DNA from: Amoebidium appalachense
Lineage: Eukaryota > Protista > Ichthyosporea
Direction of reading: 5' to 3'
Assembly (NCBI GenBank): GCA_963693365.1
Contig: CAVNZM010000005.1
Span: forward strand, 11,183,728-11,247,727
Length of the DNA stretch: 64,000 nucleotides
A model generated the notes under the pieces. That model was not told the DNA's origin and did no database searches. It saw nothing but the letters and a program-made list of their open reading frames with translations. A program made the position numbers and the translations under genes. Shown here one piece after another: positions 1 to 34,144 of this stretch; the first letter of the stretch is position 1, and every line of letters starts with the position of its first letter.

Positions 1-794
1 GCCATGGAGCCATGGTGCTGTTTCAACCAATTGCTACAAATGACGTAAATGACGCCAAGTGCACTTTCGTAAGCTTGATCGCTTGGGCGGCATGGCGCGC
101 GCAAATGAGCTAACATTGCAATGAGACAGGGGAAAACAGAAACAGGAAAATATTGAGGTTTTCAGCAGCCAGGCAAGCAAAAACTCAGAAACTCGAACGG
201 CCCGTATATACGTATACACTGTGTGGCGAGTGTGCTCAACGTCATGATGCCTGCGCAGTGCCTGCGATGTAAATCGTGATATTGTAATATCACGAAGTTT
301 CTTGCCAAAAAAAAAAAAACTCCGTCAAAAGATTTTGATTGGCTCATACGTTTTCGATTTTGACCAATCAGGTAGCTCTAAAACAGTAGTATGCAAATCT
401 ATTTTGTTCCTTTCCACCCGATAGTGTACTTCGTTCTAATGGCATATGGTGTGAGTATGTATAGCCCCCCCCCCCCCCCCCGAAAAAGAAAAAAAAATAA
501 TAAATAAATAAACAAATAAAATAAAAATAAAAATAAAATAACCCACCCACCCATCACACCCCAGCCCTCACCCCCCTCTCTTTCGCAACGGATTCCAGAA
601 CAAAGGTGGGATTGTGTGTATTGCCCGATGATAAATGTCCCATTCACACGTGTGCGCGCACATGCACGCACACACACAGGCACAAAAAAACACAGAAGCG
701 GGCGCGCGGGCACACGCACGCGCACACACACATGCACACATGTACGCACGTACACAGGCACATACACACACACACGCGCATCCCCCCCCCCCCC

Positions 795-6676
<5,882 letters not shown>

Positions 6677-7349
6677 ACTACACCTATGCAGTGAGGTCAC
6701 ATTTGCTCATTTTCGTACATGTGGATGAAGGCATGAGTGTGTGTGGGTGCGCGCACACAGACCGACACACACACACACACACACACCAAACAAGTGCAGG
6801 GCTAGAGGTAGCGAGAGATTATTGAACTGGCAAATGTCGCGTCAGCCACACATGAATGACATGTATAACAGTTACGTATATTTTTAGACATGTACTCATC
6901 GAATGTCGTAAGGATGTCTGCAGCTATTTAATATGAACATTGCATGACGTCCAAATTTATCTTCCTGTAGTGTGAAGAAAATGATCATATCCCAGCCCTA
7001 AGGAAAATGGATTTTCGTTAGTTAAAAAGTATTCATATTAGATATAGTTTACGTTAAACCGAATTTGTTGATGAAGACATATTTCCCTTTTCCTGGTTTC
7101 TGTACATATCTGACAGTGTGTGTATATATACAGTGTAGATGCACATTAATGCCTATTTATTTCGTGTGGTGAAACATGTCTGCGTCATGGTAATATACTA
7201 CATGATGGGCCAGCCAAATCTTGGCTCCAAATTTCGTCGGATGGATCGAAATACATGATTTGGATTTCAACCCCCCCCCCCCCCCCCCCCCCCCCTGGTC
7301 CTGCCCTGTCCCTCCCTTCCCACCCCAACACCGTGGCACACACACACAT

Positions 7350-7401
<52 letters not shown>

Positions 7402-7526
7402 CTCCCGCCCTTCCCACCCCAACACACACACGCTTCCTCCCCCCCCCCCCCCCCCCCCCCTTGGCCACCACCATCATCACGCGCACGGGCACGCTCACGC
7501 ACACACACACACATGTACATATACAT

Positions 7527-7564
<38 letters not shown>

Positions 7565-7589
7565 CAGCCATCAGTCATAATCCGTGATC

Positions 7590-8720
7590 ACGACTAACCC
7601 CAGTCCGCAAGCCCGGCCAGTAGCCACCATCCCACGAGCACAAATGCACACACAAACAGACAACACATCATGCCCGAGGATGGCTATCAAACTTATCCAA
7701 ACCATGTATAGATGGATCTAGCTACGCACACCACACTTGATTTTCCTTTTTAGTTAATTCAGAGAGGAGCCATGCCGAGGCCGAAATACTCGGGATATAT
7801 ATGGGCGCCGCGGGTGCACTATAGCTGTATCCATCTATGGCATGGTTTAGGTAACTTTAGCCATCCTCGCCCATGTGTACGCTGCAATCTGATCATGAGT
7901 GGCTTCTTTAACAACTTACACACGCGCACACGGTATCGTACACACATGTTGCAAGAGTAAACACATGTTCTCCGTATCTCCCAGCCAATCGTTGCAAAAG
8001 GCATTCATATACCAATATACTCTGCAGACGGTTATTTGTTGTCATCATGGGTTGGCCGGTCAAAAACGGTAAGCATCATTTTTTTCACTTCACATTCACT
8101 AGGCCCACGTCACATTCCATCATGATTTTCACTGGGGCAAGCCCCTATCTGGCATTCACAACAAACGTATACATTATCCATCTACTCAACAGTTATTTTC
8201 CAAACACTGACATTCACATATCCGTAATGTGGTTGGGTGCTACTATAAATAACATTTCTAGTTAAATTGCGGTATCTGTCCTTGAACAGCTTGTTCCTTG
8301 GTGCCTTGTACTCAATGTAGGAGATCCCACTGCCCCCGAACACGGTTGACATGTTGCCTGCACACACGAGGGGTCAGAACAGGCACTGAAACCACAACTG
8401 GCTCACATGGGGATGTAAACAGCGTGCATGTACATGACCACCAATATGATCTAATCGTCAAAAGATCATCATTAAGACAATCCATCGTTGCTGCAACGAC
8501 TTATGCCCCCCCCCCTCCCCCCCCCCCCCTCCCCCCCAACACACATATCCCCCCCCCCACACACACACACACACCAACACCCATCCAAACACAACACACA
8601 CCGACACCACCACCTCCACACACACAGCCTTAAAGAAAAGAAGAGGCCCGACTTACAGTATCGTGAGACACACCAAACACACCAGGACATGCACTTAAGT
8701 CGCCACCACCCGAAAGCCGC

Positions 8721-8780
<60 letters not shown>

Positions 8781-10513
8781 TACATACACACATCATCACA
8801 CAAATACATATACACACATGCACACAGAAATGCATATATACCCACACACACAAATGCATACACACATGCACACGCAAAGCACGATTCTATGCAAGTTGGT
8901 GCACAATATGTTGGCTTTATTGATTGGAAAACTGCTTACGATTCTGTCTCCCCTGGTCTCCTATGGGAAAAGCTTGCTGCACGGGGTGTACCACACTGCA
9001 TTGGTGTTCTGTTAGAAGCACTCTTGTCTCAAACCTATGGTAGAGCTGTGGTTAATGGGCATCTTTCATATGGTTTTGCTCGTACTAGAGGTCTCTTGCA
9101 GGGTTCATTGCTTAGCCCCTTTTTGTTTAACCTATTTATAGATGATTTGGCTGTCAAGATTTACGCCGAAAACGATGACCCTATTAATAACTTTCCGCCT
9201 GCACTTCTCTATGCTGATGATCTGTCCCTCCTTGCCCGTACCCCTAGACGCCTGCAAAGATTGTTCGATGTAGTGTCAGAGTGGTGCAAGGCAAACCTTA
9301 TGATCCTTAACATAGACAAATGTGGTGTTCTTGTACCTGATATAGCTAACAATTTACACACATTTACATTATCATCTAAACCTGTACCTATAGTTCCAGA
9401 ATACAAATATCTTGGTGTTCCGGTTGATTCTGTTGGTGTTATGTTTCCCCATATGGTCGAAAAGAGGGTAGAGTTGGCTCGTAAGCGGTTAGCTTTCTTC
9501 TCGGCTAATATTTTTAAAGACACACCCCTCCATCCTTCTATTAGACTTACATTTATTCGCACTTTTGTCTTCCCGGCATGTGAATATGGTTTACCCCTTC
9601 TCGCCGCTTGGATCAAGAAAGAGAGAACTAGAGCGCTTAAACCCTTGGCAAATTTCCTTGAAGCAGAAGTTGCCTCCTTTCTATCTAACAACTGTTGTAA
9701 ACCTGGGCCTGTAACGCTCTCGATATATGGTCTGGTCCCAATAGCTGCTAGAGTATCCTATCTCGCGCTGAAATTCAATAAGCACATAAGCCGCTTAAAG
9801 AAGTATTTGCCCTCCCACCCTCTCTTCTCTATCCGACCTGTCCCCTCCTCACCTCTCCCCTCTTTCCTCCCCTCTCTCTCCCCTTCTCCCCTGGGCACAA
9901 ATACAAATAAACCCCGCAATAGTGTGTGTGTGACTTTGGACTGCCACTTACTTATTAAACATGTACACAATCACAAGATAATCACGCAATATAACAAATG
10001 GAAAAAGATACCACACGACACTAGACCCGATGAAAGCATACACCTTGAAAAACTAAGCCTTATGTCTCGTTTTATATATACTGACCGCCTCAACCATATT
10101 GCCAAATATGGCACTCGCAAGTGTATAACACCTAAATACATATTACCTTCCTGTAGAACTGGTCTTTCTCTAGCTGATGGTATTATTGATCAATTACCAC
10201 GCTTTTACTGTACACGTGCTATACAGTGGAGATCTAATAAGTATAAGGTGGCATCATTTGCATGCCCAAACAACACACACACACACCAGTTTAACCGGTC
10301 ATGTATCGCCAAATGTAGTTTGATAGACCACATAATACCGCAACACACACACGTCACATTCACAACAGACACCCAGAAAGATAGCCTACCTGTAAATTAC
10401 AACATCCTTGATTTTATACTAAACACGCGTAACTACGACCTGTTTATTAGATGTATTGATTGGCTTGAGAAACACATCACTACAAAATTATAGCGCACGC
10501 GCACACACACACA

Positions 10514-10568
<55 letters not shown>

Positions 10569-10600
10569 CCAGCTGATACCGAGTGTCCCGAGGGGAGCCC

Positions 10601-10646
<46 letters not shown>

Positions 10647-11340
10647 GGGGAACCCCAACTAATTGATTTCTCCTTGTAGTCTTTATGGTGTCTCGTAGAG
10701 AAAGTAAACCCTGATATATAGTCACCACCCGACATCTATGTACGTGATCATGATATACCGCTGAGGGGATATTCCGAGCAAAACCCCCCCCCCCCATACC
10801 TGAGACTGGTTCTCTTTGCCTCGAGTAAACAGCGTAAACCCCAAATACATATACACACTCACTCACACACTATGACCATCAACCACCTTACAGTTTACAA
10901 ACATGTTGCAACTGCGCGGAAAGATACAGGCATGCACACACTTACAGGTCAAGCCTGGGGAGTTTATATGTCATGCGGTGTTCTACATACCCGAACAGGA
11001 AAAAGGACGTAACACACGATTCCTTCTTTTTCGATTTATCCTTGTACGTGTAAATGTGGGTTGGTAAAAGATTGAACATACCCCGTGTGCGTGCAACGTT
11101 TTCCTCTGCGGCCCAGCTTAGCCTCGGGGTCAAAGTCCTCGGCAAACAGTTTGGCATCCGATGCAGACCGCTGCATACACAGAATTCATGTCAGTGCCCA
11201 GAAGTAACATGTGCTTGCATCGCGTGTGTGTGCTGGGGCAGTAAAAGCACAGAAATCCACCCACCCCAGCCTGACTCCCCCTCCCCAACCACACAAAAAC
11301 CCGCACACACACATCCCTCCATTTTATGGCATATCCTTCC
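7590..11340 (-). pseudogene. Diverged tandem duplicate of the XPB 3' end (last two exons 11082-11170 and 8182-8357, intron and 3' flank), interrupted by an RT element
   Basis: The exons encode RSASDAKLFAEDFDPEAKLGRRG and GNMSTVFGGSGISYIEYKAPRNKLFKDRYR, matching 14703-14790 and 13874-13971. The 11082-11170 copy is 89 nt versus 88 nt (+1 frameshift). Flanks are homologous to ~13280-14960. Confidence 0.85.
8889..10493 (+). mobile_element. 5'-truncated non-LTR retrotransposon: reverse transcriptase ORF (534 aa) with C-terminal Cys/His region
   Basis: RT motifs FIDWKTAYDSV, RGLLQGSLLSPFLFNLFIDDL, LLYADD, LNIDKC and YKYLGV; no introns; no endonuclease or RT domains 0-2 upstream; embedded in CA-rich sequence. 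Confidence 0.93.
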
Positions 11341-12325
11341 CCCCCCCCCCCCCCCCTCCCCCCCCCCGGAAAAAAAAATCCCGCAGTCAAGGAAACACGG
11401 GTGTGTGTGTCTGCGCAAGTATGTGTGGATGTGCGTTTGTGTGTGTCGTACAGCGCTCTATGTGGTGTCTGGGCCAGTGTACGTGTGTGCAAGCCTCAAG
11501 TCTTTATGAGTGAGCAAAAACACCCATTCCACAAATTGTCAGTAAAAATGTATAGGTTTACAACCCCCTCTTCCTTTTCTGCCTTTCCCTCCCTATTCCT
11601 GTGAAACAAGCTTTTTAGAAGAAAGATCAGCAAAGTGCCTTGTTTAACGGAACAATGCAAAATCTCAAGAGTCAGAAATTACCTTGAGATAGTGGGAGGT
11701 GGGTGATGAGGATGGCAGTAGTGATGGCAGTGCCAGTGGCTTGCAGCAGTGACAAAGGCAAATGTCCACACTCAACAACACCGCCAAACGTGCTTGCACG
11801 CCCTCCTAAGGGAGAGCGGGCGCACACGTGTGCATAGCCTCATAAGGGGAGGCAGGTTGTGAAATTAGGGGGTTTAGGGCCAGAAAGTTGCCCCTGAAAG
11901 TCAGAACATTGTCCCTAACTTTTTGAGGTTAGGTCCATAAATTTTTGAAAAACTGGCCCTAACAGTGGTAAATAAATAAGAAAATACACCCAAAAAACGG
12001 TTGTTGGCTCTATTAGGGCCAACCAGGCTGGTGGAAAGTTGCCAAAATGGCACCAGCCAAAAACAATACATATGATCATCACAGCGCACGCATTTTTAAG
12101 TAGCCCATATCAATTTTCACACCAGAGGGGAGGGTGGGCACAGAAGGGCACAGACTGACTGACTCTGGCAGGCTCAGCTAATTTTATGATGACGTTTGAA
12201 GGTCCGAGCCAGTGCCCAAGCTCTATATTGGAGTGCCGCCTTACGTGATTACACAGGTCCTATGGAGTTTTCAGTTCTCTCTGCCACCACCAGTACTATT
12301 TATTTATTTTTACAAACTTCAATAT

Positions 12326-12362
<37 letters not shown>

Positions 12363-12654
12363 GATGTATGTATGTATGTATATAGAGGGAGAGAGCTGAG
12401 AGGCCTAGGGGGAGAGAGAGAGAGAGAGCGAGAGTGTGTGTGTGTGTAGGAGTTGCCGTTTACTTGCGGATTATCTGGACAAAAATGTGCTACAGTCTCA
12501 GAATACTCAATAAGGAATACCTAAAAAAAACAAAAAAAAAACAAAAAAAACAAAAACAACAACAACAACAACAACAACAACCATGTACATACAACAACAA
12601 CAACACAGTTCAACACGTAATGATGCATACATCATGTACGTTACGAGTATAATC

Positions 12655-12825
12655 ATAGTATCTCCACATATAATCTCCACATATATGATGTATATCCTGC
12701 ACGTTAGTCTCCACATATAATGTATATCTTGTACGTACGTTATATCTTCACATATAATGTATATCTTGAACGTTATATCTCCACATGTGATGTATATCTT
12801 CTAGAGTCATTTACATGTATATCTT
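12655..12825. repeat. Degenerate ~30-bp minisatellite (tctccacatataatgtatatc...)
   Basis: About five visible imperfect units. Confidence 0.7.
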
Positions 12826-13182
12826 GTTGGGTGGAAGTACTGTTGGCCTTGGTCCCCCCGGGCCCAGCTGCAGATAAAGTATATCACCGACTATAGCTAT
12901 CCCTAAATTCGCTGCCCTAAAGCCAATAAAAACACAGACACAGATATTGTAAGCGATTGTCAAGTCCGTCGCGTACGCGTGGTTTGTATCAATCCGCTTT
13001 AACCGGAAAGACTTTGACCAATGCCTTCTACAGTTTGATCTAGCCTCGGAGACCTTGCTTGGACCCCCCCCCCCCCCCCCCCCCCCTCCCCCCCCCCCTC
13101 CCCCAACCCCTTCTATAAATGCACAGACACAGACAGGCACGCACGTGCACCCACACCCACACCCACCCACAGACACATCCCT

Positions 13183-13224
<42 letters not shown>

Positions 13225-13873
13225 ACACACACACACGACACCCGATACACCTACAGCCACGCCCACCAATCCCACCCCGGGTAGCAAGCCCGGCCAGCGG
13301 CACCACCCCACAGCACAAAATGCACATATGCACGCATAGGCCACCACCCCCAGGCCTACACACACGCATTTACATGTAGAACAAAACTGCTTGCGTTACG
13401 ACGAACTACAATTTACTTTTATTAAGAGGGGAGAAAAAGGCCCCGGCCAGGTCGGGGATAAATCAACGTGTGCCATAACCTTAGCTAGATCCATCCAAGA
13501 ACACCTAGATCATGCTTGTAATTACGCTGCAATCCGTGTGGTATGGTTCAGGAACAGCACACGTACAAGACTTATTGCACGTCATTTTGTCGTCTACCGG
13601 ATCCCAGCCAACCACCACCATTTTCCAATGACAATTATTCTGCAAACAGCCAATATTTTCACAATGAGCATTCACAACGTTTAGTACAGCACAATTCATT
13701 AGATTTTTAAACCGCAACCAGCACCAGCCTCTGCAAACCTTCGGGCATGCGCACACACATCTGAATCAAGCTTTAAAAAGATTTCATTCATTCAAAAAGT
13801 CCTTCCTAAATAACACACTGACATTCCCATATGCATAAAGTGGTTGGATGCTGGTAACATATTACCAGCATGA

Positions 13874-29391
<15,518 letters not shown>

Positions 29392-30637
29392 CTACAAGAG
29401 AACCACATCAGTACGCACCACCAAACCCAGAGCATACTCTCGTCTTCAGGTTACCTGGCACACGCTACTCCTCTGGAATAGGTTACACTCTCTTTTCGAT
29501 TCCTTCAAGCATAACTTTCTTCACCCTCCGTTGGCATCCTGACCCTTGCCCCTCACAAAGATGAGCCACCTCTAAAAACCCCTTCCCATTCCCACACACA
29601 CGTGCACACACCAAACCACCCCACCTCCCCTTCCCCCCCCCCCTTCCCCCCCCCCCCCCCCCTTCCCCCCCCCCCCAAAACCCCCCAAACCTTCCCTACC
29701 CTCTCCTCCTTCCCCTAACCACCTCTGCCACTGCCATACCATCAAGGAAAATAATACCTGCCTTTCCTAGACCCCCCAAAACACGCAATAATCTGAACGT
29801 GCAAGAGAGGAGACAATCAACCACGGAAAGGCTACTGCGGAAGTCAAGGGCACAAGAACAAGTGAGGTATCACCACTTTCTCCAGTGTCTTGTTTAGAAG
29901 ACCATGTATTTGCGTCAGTAATTGTTGTACGTTGCCCACCACACAGATAACACTTGCACCACGCAGGTAAAAAACCAACCGTTATAACGTTTTATCGCCA
30001 TTGTAGCTTCTTGCGAGCCTTTCCTGGCTCTTGGCTCGTTTCTGGACGAGACCGAGCTCTAACTGGCAGGGGCACAAAGGAAAGAAAAGGACACTATGAG
30101 GAGAGTAAAATGTAGGCCCCTGCCTAAAACAGCTAGAGAACACGGTTCCCTCTGCTAATCTCAGGCCAAAGCAGCCAAAAATTAGGTTTGAAAACGTCGA
30201 GGTGCAAAAACTAAAAACTTCCCCCGAGCCTGGCAAAGTGTTTGTGAAGAAATGAAAGGGTCACATCGCCTTTTGATGGCTCACATTGGCTAAAAATAGA
30301 ACACAAGGTGTTACGCGCTGGCTTACGAAAGGTAGCCCTACGTAATCATTTTGGCCCGCCTGTGCAACTTGTTACATTGTACAAAGCGCGTGTCCTAGAG
30401 CCCTTTTGCACACCATTTGTGCATTTATAGCCCACACGTGGCATAGTATCATACTGAGATCTATTATATTCCCTAGAGTAGCCCAGTCAGCACGGGCTGT
30501 CAAGCCCCCTCCGAGCTGAGGGCCCTCATGCATCCTTGCACCGAAGCTTCTGCTCGGAGTCGGGTTGTTCAAAACAAATAATCATACACGTAATAATTGA
30601 ATTGTGTAGCCTACACGGTATGCGGATCATCTTCCTT

Positions 30638-30672
<35 letters not shown>

Positions 30673-31576
30673 CCCAAAAAATAAAATAAAAAATGGGGCC
30701 ACTTACACGCGAAGCCCCCTCGAGCTCAGGATGCACACACCGTCACACACATTCGATTTGTGCGCACCACCACCAGTGGCACGAAAAGGGTTTCAAATTG
30801 CAATTTTAACACCTGCACATGCACACGCACACTCTCACCCGATGGTTATGAGCCATGGCCACCTCCACAATTTAAGGGAAGTTTGACGCGCAAAAAAAAA
30901 AAACAAAGAATGAAAGTTTTTATAAAACAACTAAAAAAGAAGGAATATAAAAAAAGGTTTTATAAAACAACCAAAAAGTAGGAATATTGTATCTCGATAT
31001 CTGTATTGAATTTCGAAGCAGCAAATTGCATATTCGAACACGCCCATCACCAGCACTGCATACAATCATACCATCGGCACAAAAAGAAGTGTTTATTTCT
31101 CACATGCTGTACATGCGCTCTCAGGTGGGCCAATTCTTACAATAATAATACTATAGCCACCAATATAATATACAGACCTTCACTTGCTTTCATCGTGACC
31201 GCATCTAAACATGCATAAATACATCAGCATGCACCCACTGCCCACCGGACAGTGCATGCTCTCTGTCCAAGCATTCAGTGTTGTCTATTGCTACCACTAC
31301 AGCCACACTATTTCATGCATGATACGGATACATGCGATTCAGCGAGAAACAATCTGGCTCGGGATTCTTTGATGCTTGTGTGTGTGTGGGTGGGTGGGTG
31401 GGTGGAGGGTGGGGGAGTGTGTGGGTGTGTGAGTATGTGTGTGTGTTTAGGTGGGGGGTTGGTTGGTGGGTGGGTGGGTGGGGGAAGGTGGGGGGGGGGG
31501 GGGGGGGGGCTGGGGCTATTAACAATATCAGTCAATTAGAAGACCGAGATAGAAACGGCTGTATGAATGTGCAAGC

Positions 31577-31643
<67 letters not shown>

Positions 31644-31830
31644 GTGAGTGCGTGTGCGTGCGTGTGCTACTTGCCCCGCTGCAATTACTTGAGTGTGTGT
31701 CGGTGACAGAACAAGAGCGTGTGCGCGAATGCGTGTGTGTGACTGCATGTGCGGGTGTGTGTGATTGTGCAAATGCAGTGTGGGTGTGGCCATGGGTTTG
31801 TGTGTGTGTAATTGTGTGTGATTGTGCAAT

Positions 31831-31903
<73 letters not shown>

Positions 31904-32562
31904 GGTTTGAGTATAACTGTGTGTGTGCTGAGGTATGTGTGCACGCACGTCACGTGCGTGTGCGGGCAGGTACGTGTGCGCCTGTGTGACCGACCGCAAG
32001 TGGGTATACATAAATTCCCAGCATCATTATTGCGTAATTCATAACTTATATCACTCACCACCCACATGCATTCATTCCGTGAAAAAACCGTCCTGTGCCC
32101 ACACAGCACATGTCACTCCCTGCATCCACTCATTCATTCATATATTCGCAAATACCATTCACATGGATGCCCGTGTTCTCAACCTTGCCGAATTGGGGGC
32201 AGGCACAAGATGCCGCACAGTGTCGAAGCATACCTGCAGGGGAAGGGGTGGAAATAAATCAGGTGTTTACTTTGGTTTTCTTGTTTTGCTTGCAGTCTTC
32301 GGCCTCCGGGGGGAGGGGGGGGGGGGGGGGGGGGGGGATCTTTGTATTCCTCTACCATCATGTCCTTTCAACAGCTCTCCCCCCCCCCCCCCCCCCCCCC
32401 ACCCCAAAATCACCACCCACCCACCCTCCCTGAGGCCAAAACTCAGCCCAGATCAAGGAAGGCGGGGAGGGTGAAGGGCCATGGGTGGGTGGGTGGGTGG
32501 ATGTGTGTGTGTGTGTCTTTTGTTCTTTTTTCTTTTCTTTATCTTTTCTTTTTTTTTTTTTT

Positions 32563-32593
<31 letters not shown>

Positions 32594-32597
32594 GGGG

Positions 32598-32738
32598 ATG
32601 TATGCGTTAGAGGGTTGGAAATATGGAGGAGACAACAAAGAGCAACAACAAAACGCAACAAACGTGGCAAATCCAAAATCGAACAATTAAGCGTGCAGGC
32701 AGAGGACACTTGAACAGAGCCCATCATCAGGGGGGTTC
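32598..32738 (-). mobile_element. Short dispersed repeat family B, intact copy followed by ~C25 then ~A24
   Basis: The minus strand reads cccctgatgatgggctctg...ctctaacgcatacat(C)n(A)n. Confidence 0.8.
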
Positions 32739-32869
32739 CTATGCCTTCACAAAAGCATGGGGGGGGGGATGGATAAGGAGAAGAAAAGGGAGGCGCGTGA
32801 TTGACGGAACTTGCAGGGACCCGTTGTTTCAACAAAAATGTCCAAGTGTAACACACCAACAGGATTGGA

Positions 32870-33444
32870 AACTAACATTGCGAAATGTCCTACCCCCAAT
32901 CTCTCTCCCAATCCGAGATATCCTTTTAAATACTTATCTCCTTTATTTTTCTCTTCTACTGGTTATCAGCAGTATGTTACTTGGTTTCATACTCAATATC
33001 CTTTGCTTCTTCGTTGTGATAAAGAGTATCATGGTAGGGCTCTTGAGCCTGTGCTTCTTTTTATATTAGAGACTCGTCTATTTTCTTTACAATCGTCGTG
33101 TAAATTAGCTACTTATATTTATCCTTCGTCTCGTAAACCTACCACACTTGCGGATTTTGCAATTCTAACCCCTCCTTGTGATATAGCTTGGAAATGTTTA
33201 TTTTGGCGCTGTAACCTTTGATTCCATAAATGTTTGTGTCACTTTTGTGCAGAACCTTTTTCTCGTAAACACTTAGATAGATGTATTTCTTTATCTCAGA
33301 TTATTCCGTTAGAAATTCGAAGACTTTAATTTACATAATCCTGATATTACGTCTATTGACTATCTGTTGAACCACGGTATGTTTAACGAGTTTTCTAGGG
33401 TGTATGATTATTTAAGTCGTTATCTCCTCCGTATCCGAGAGTGA
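32870..33444 (+). pseudogene. Decayed 3' fragment of a non-LTR retrotransposon related to the 8889-10493 element
   Basis: YIYPSSRKPTTLADFAI...FWRCNL*FHKCLCHFCAEPFSRKHLDRC...IIP and, after a frameshift, SIDYLLNHGMFNEF align by eye with YILPSCRTGLSLADGII...QWRSN...CPNNTHTHQFNRSCIAKC...IIP...NILDFILNTRNYDLF. Confidence 0.8.
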
Positions 33445-33876
33445 GGGCTTTTGTATTTTCTTCTCCGAGATATCGGTGATATCTCGATGGCTTCTATTTT
33501 GCTGAGCATATCAATCAAGCCATTATTAAAAGAAAAACTAACATGTGCCCTGACCCCTTCTATGCAATTTTCACCCACCATCGTCAAAACACCTGACGAC
33601 ACACTTGAATATTCTGCCCATTCAACACTTCCTCGTTATCATGCCATTTCACCCATCACACAGCCGACGTTAGCTAGACTAACTGTAGATTTTAAAATAC
33701 GCTGATCTATAGTGATGGGCCTTTCAGTCATGACCAAAAAAATAACACAATCGAGAAACATTTGCTTGCAAGCTTGCAGTCGTTAACGCAGTCTACCGCG
33801 GGGGGGGGGGGGGGGGGGGGGGGGGGGTTTTCGTGAGACGGGGGGGGGGGGGGGGGGGGGGACTTGTGCGTACGCA

Positions 33877-34009
33877 CCTGGTGGGCCGTGATCAGCAATC
33901 GCTGGGACTCAGACGACAACTGCTCGTGTGTTTGCAGGCAGCCAATCAAAATGGACGATTGCGCATACAGTTGCGTTTCAAGATGACATATGATCTCTCG
34001 TAGCTCGGC

Positions 34010-34080
<71 letters not shown>

Positions 34081-34091
34081 CGTGTGTGTGT

Positions 34092-34144
<53 letters not shown>

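Noticed and set aside
11860-12090. Short inverted motifs ttagggccag/ctggccctaa suggesting a MITE or telomere-like repeat
   Set aside because: No defined termini or TSD; isolated TTAGGG units only.
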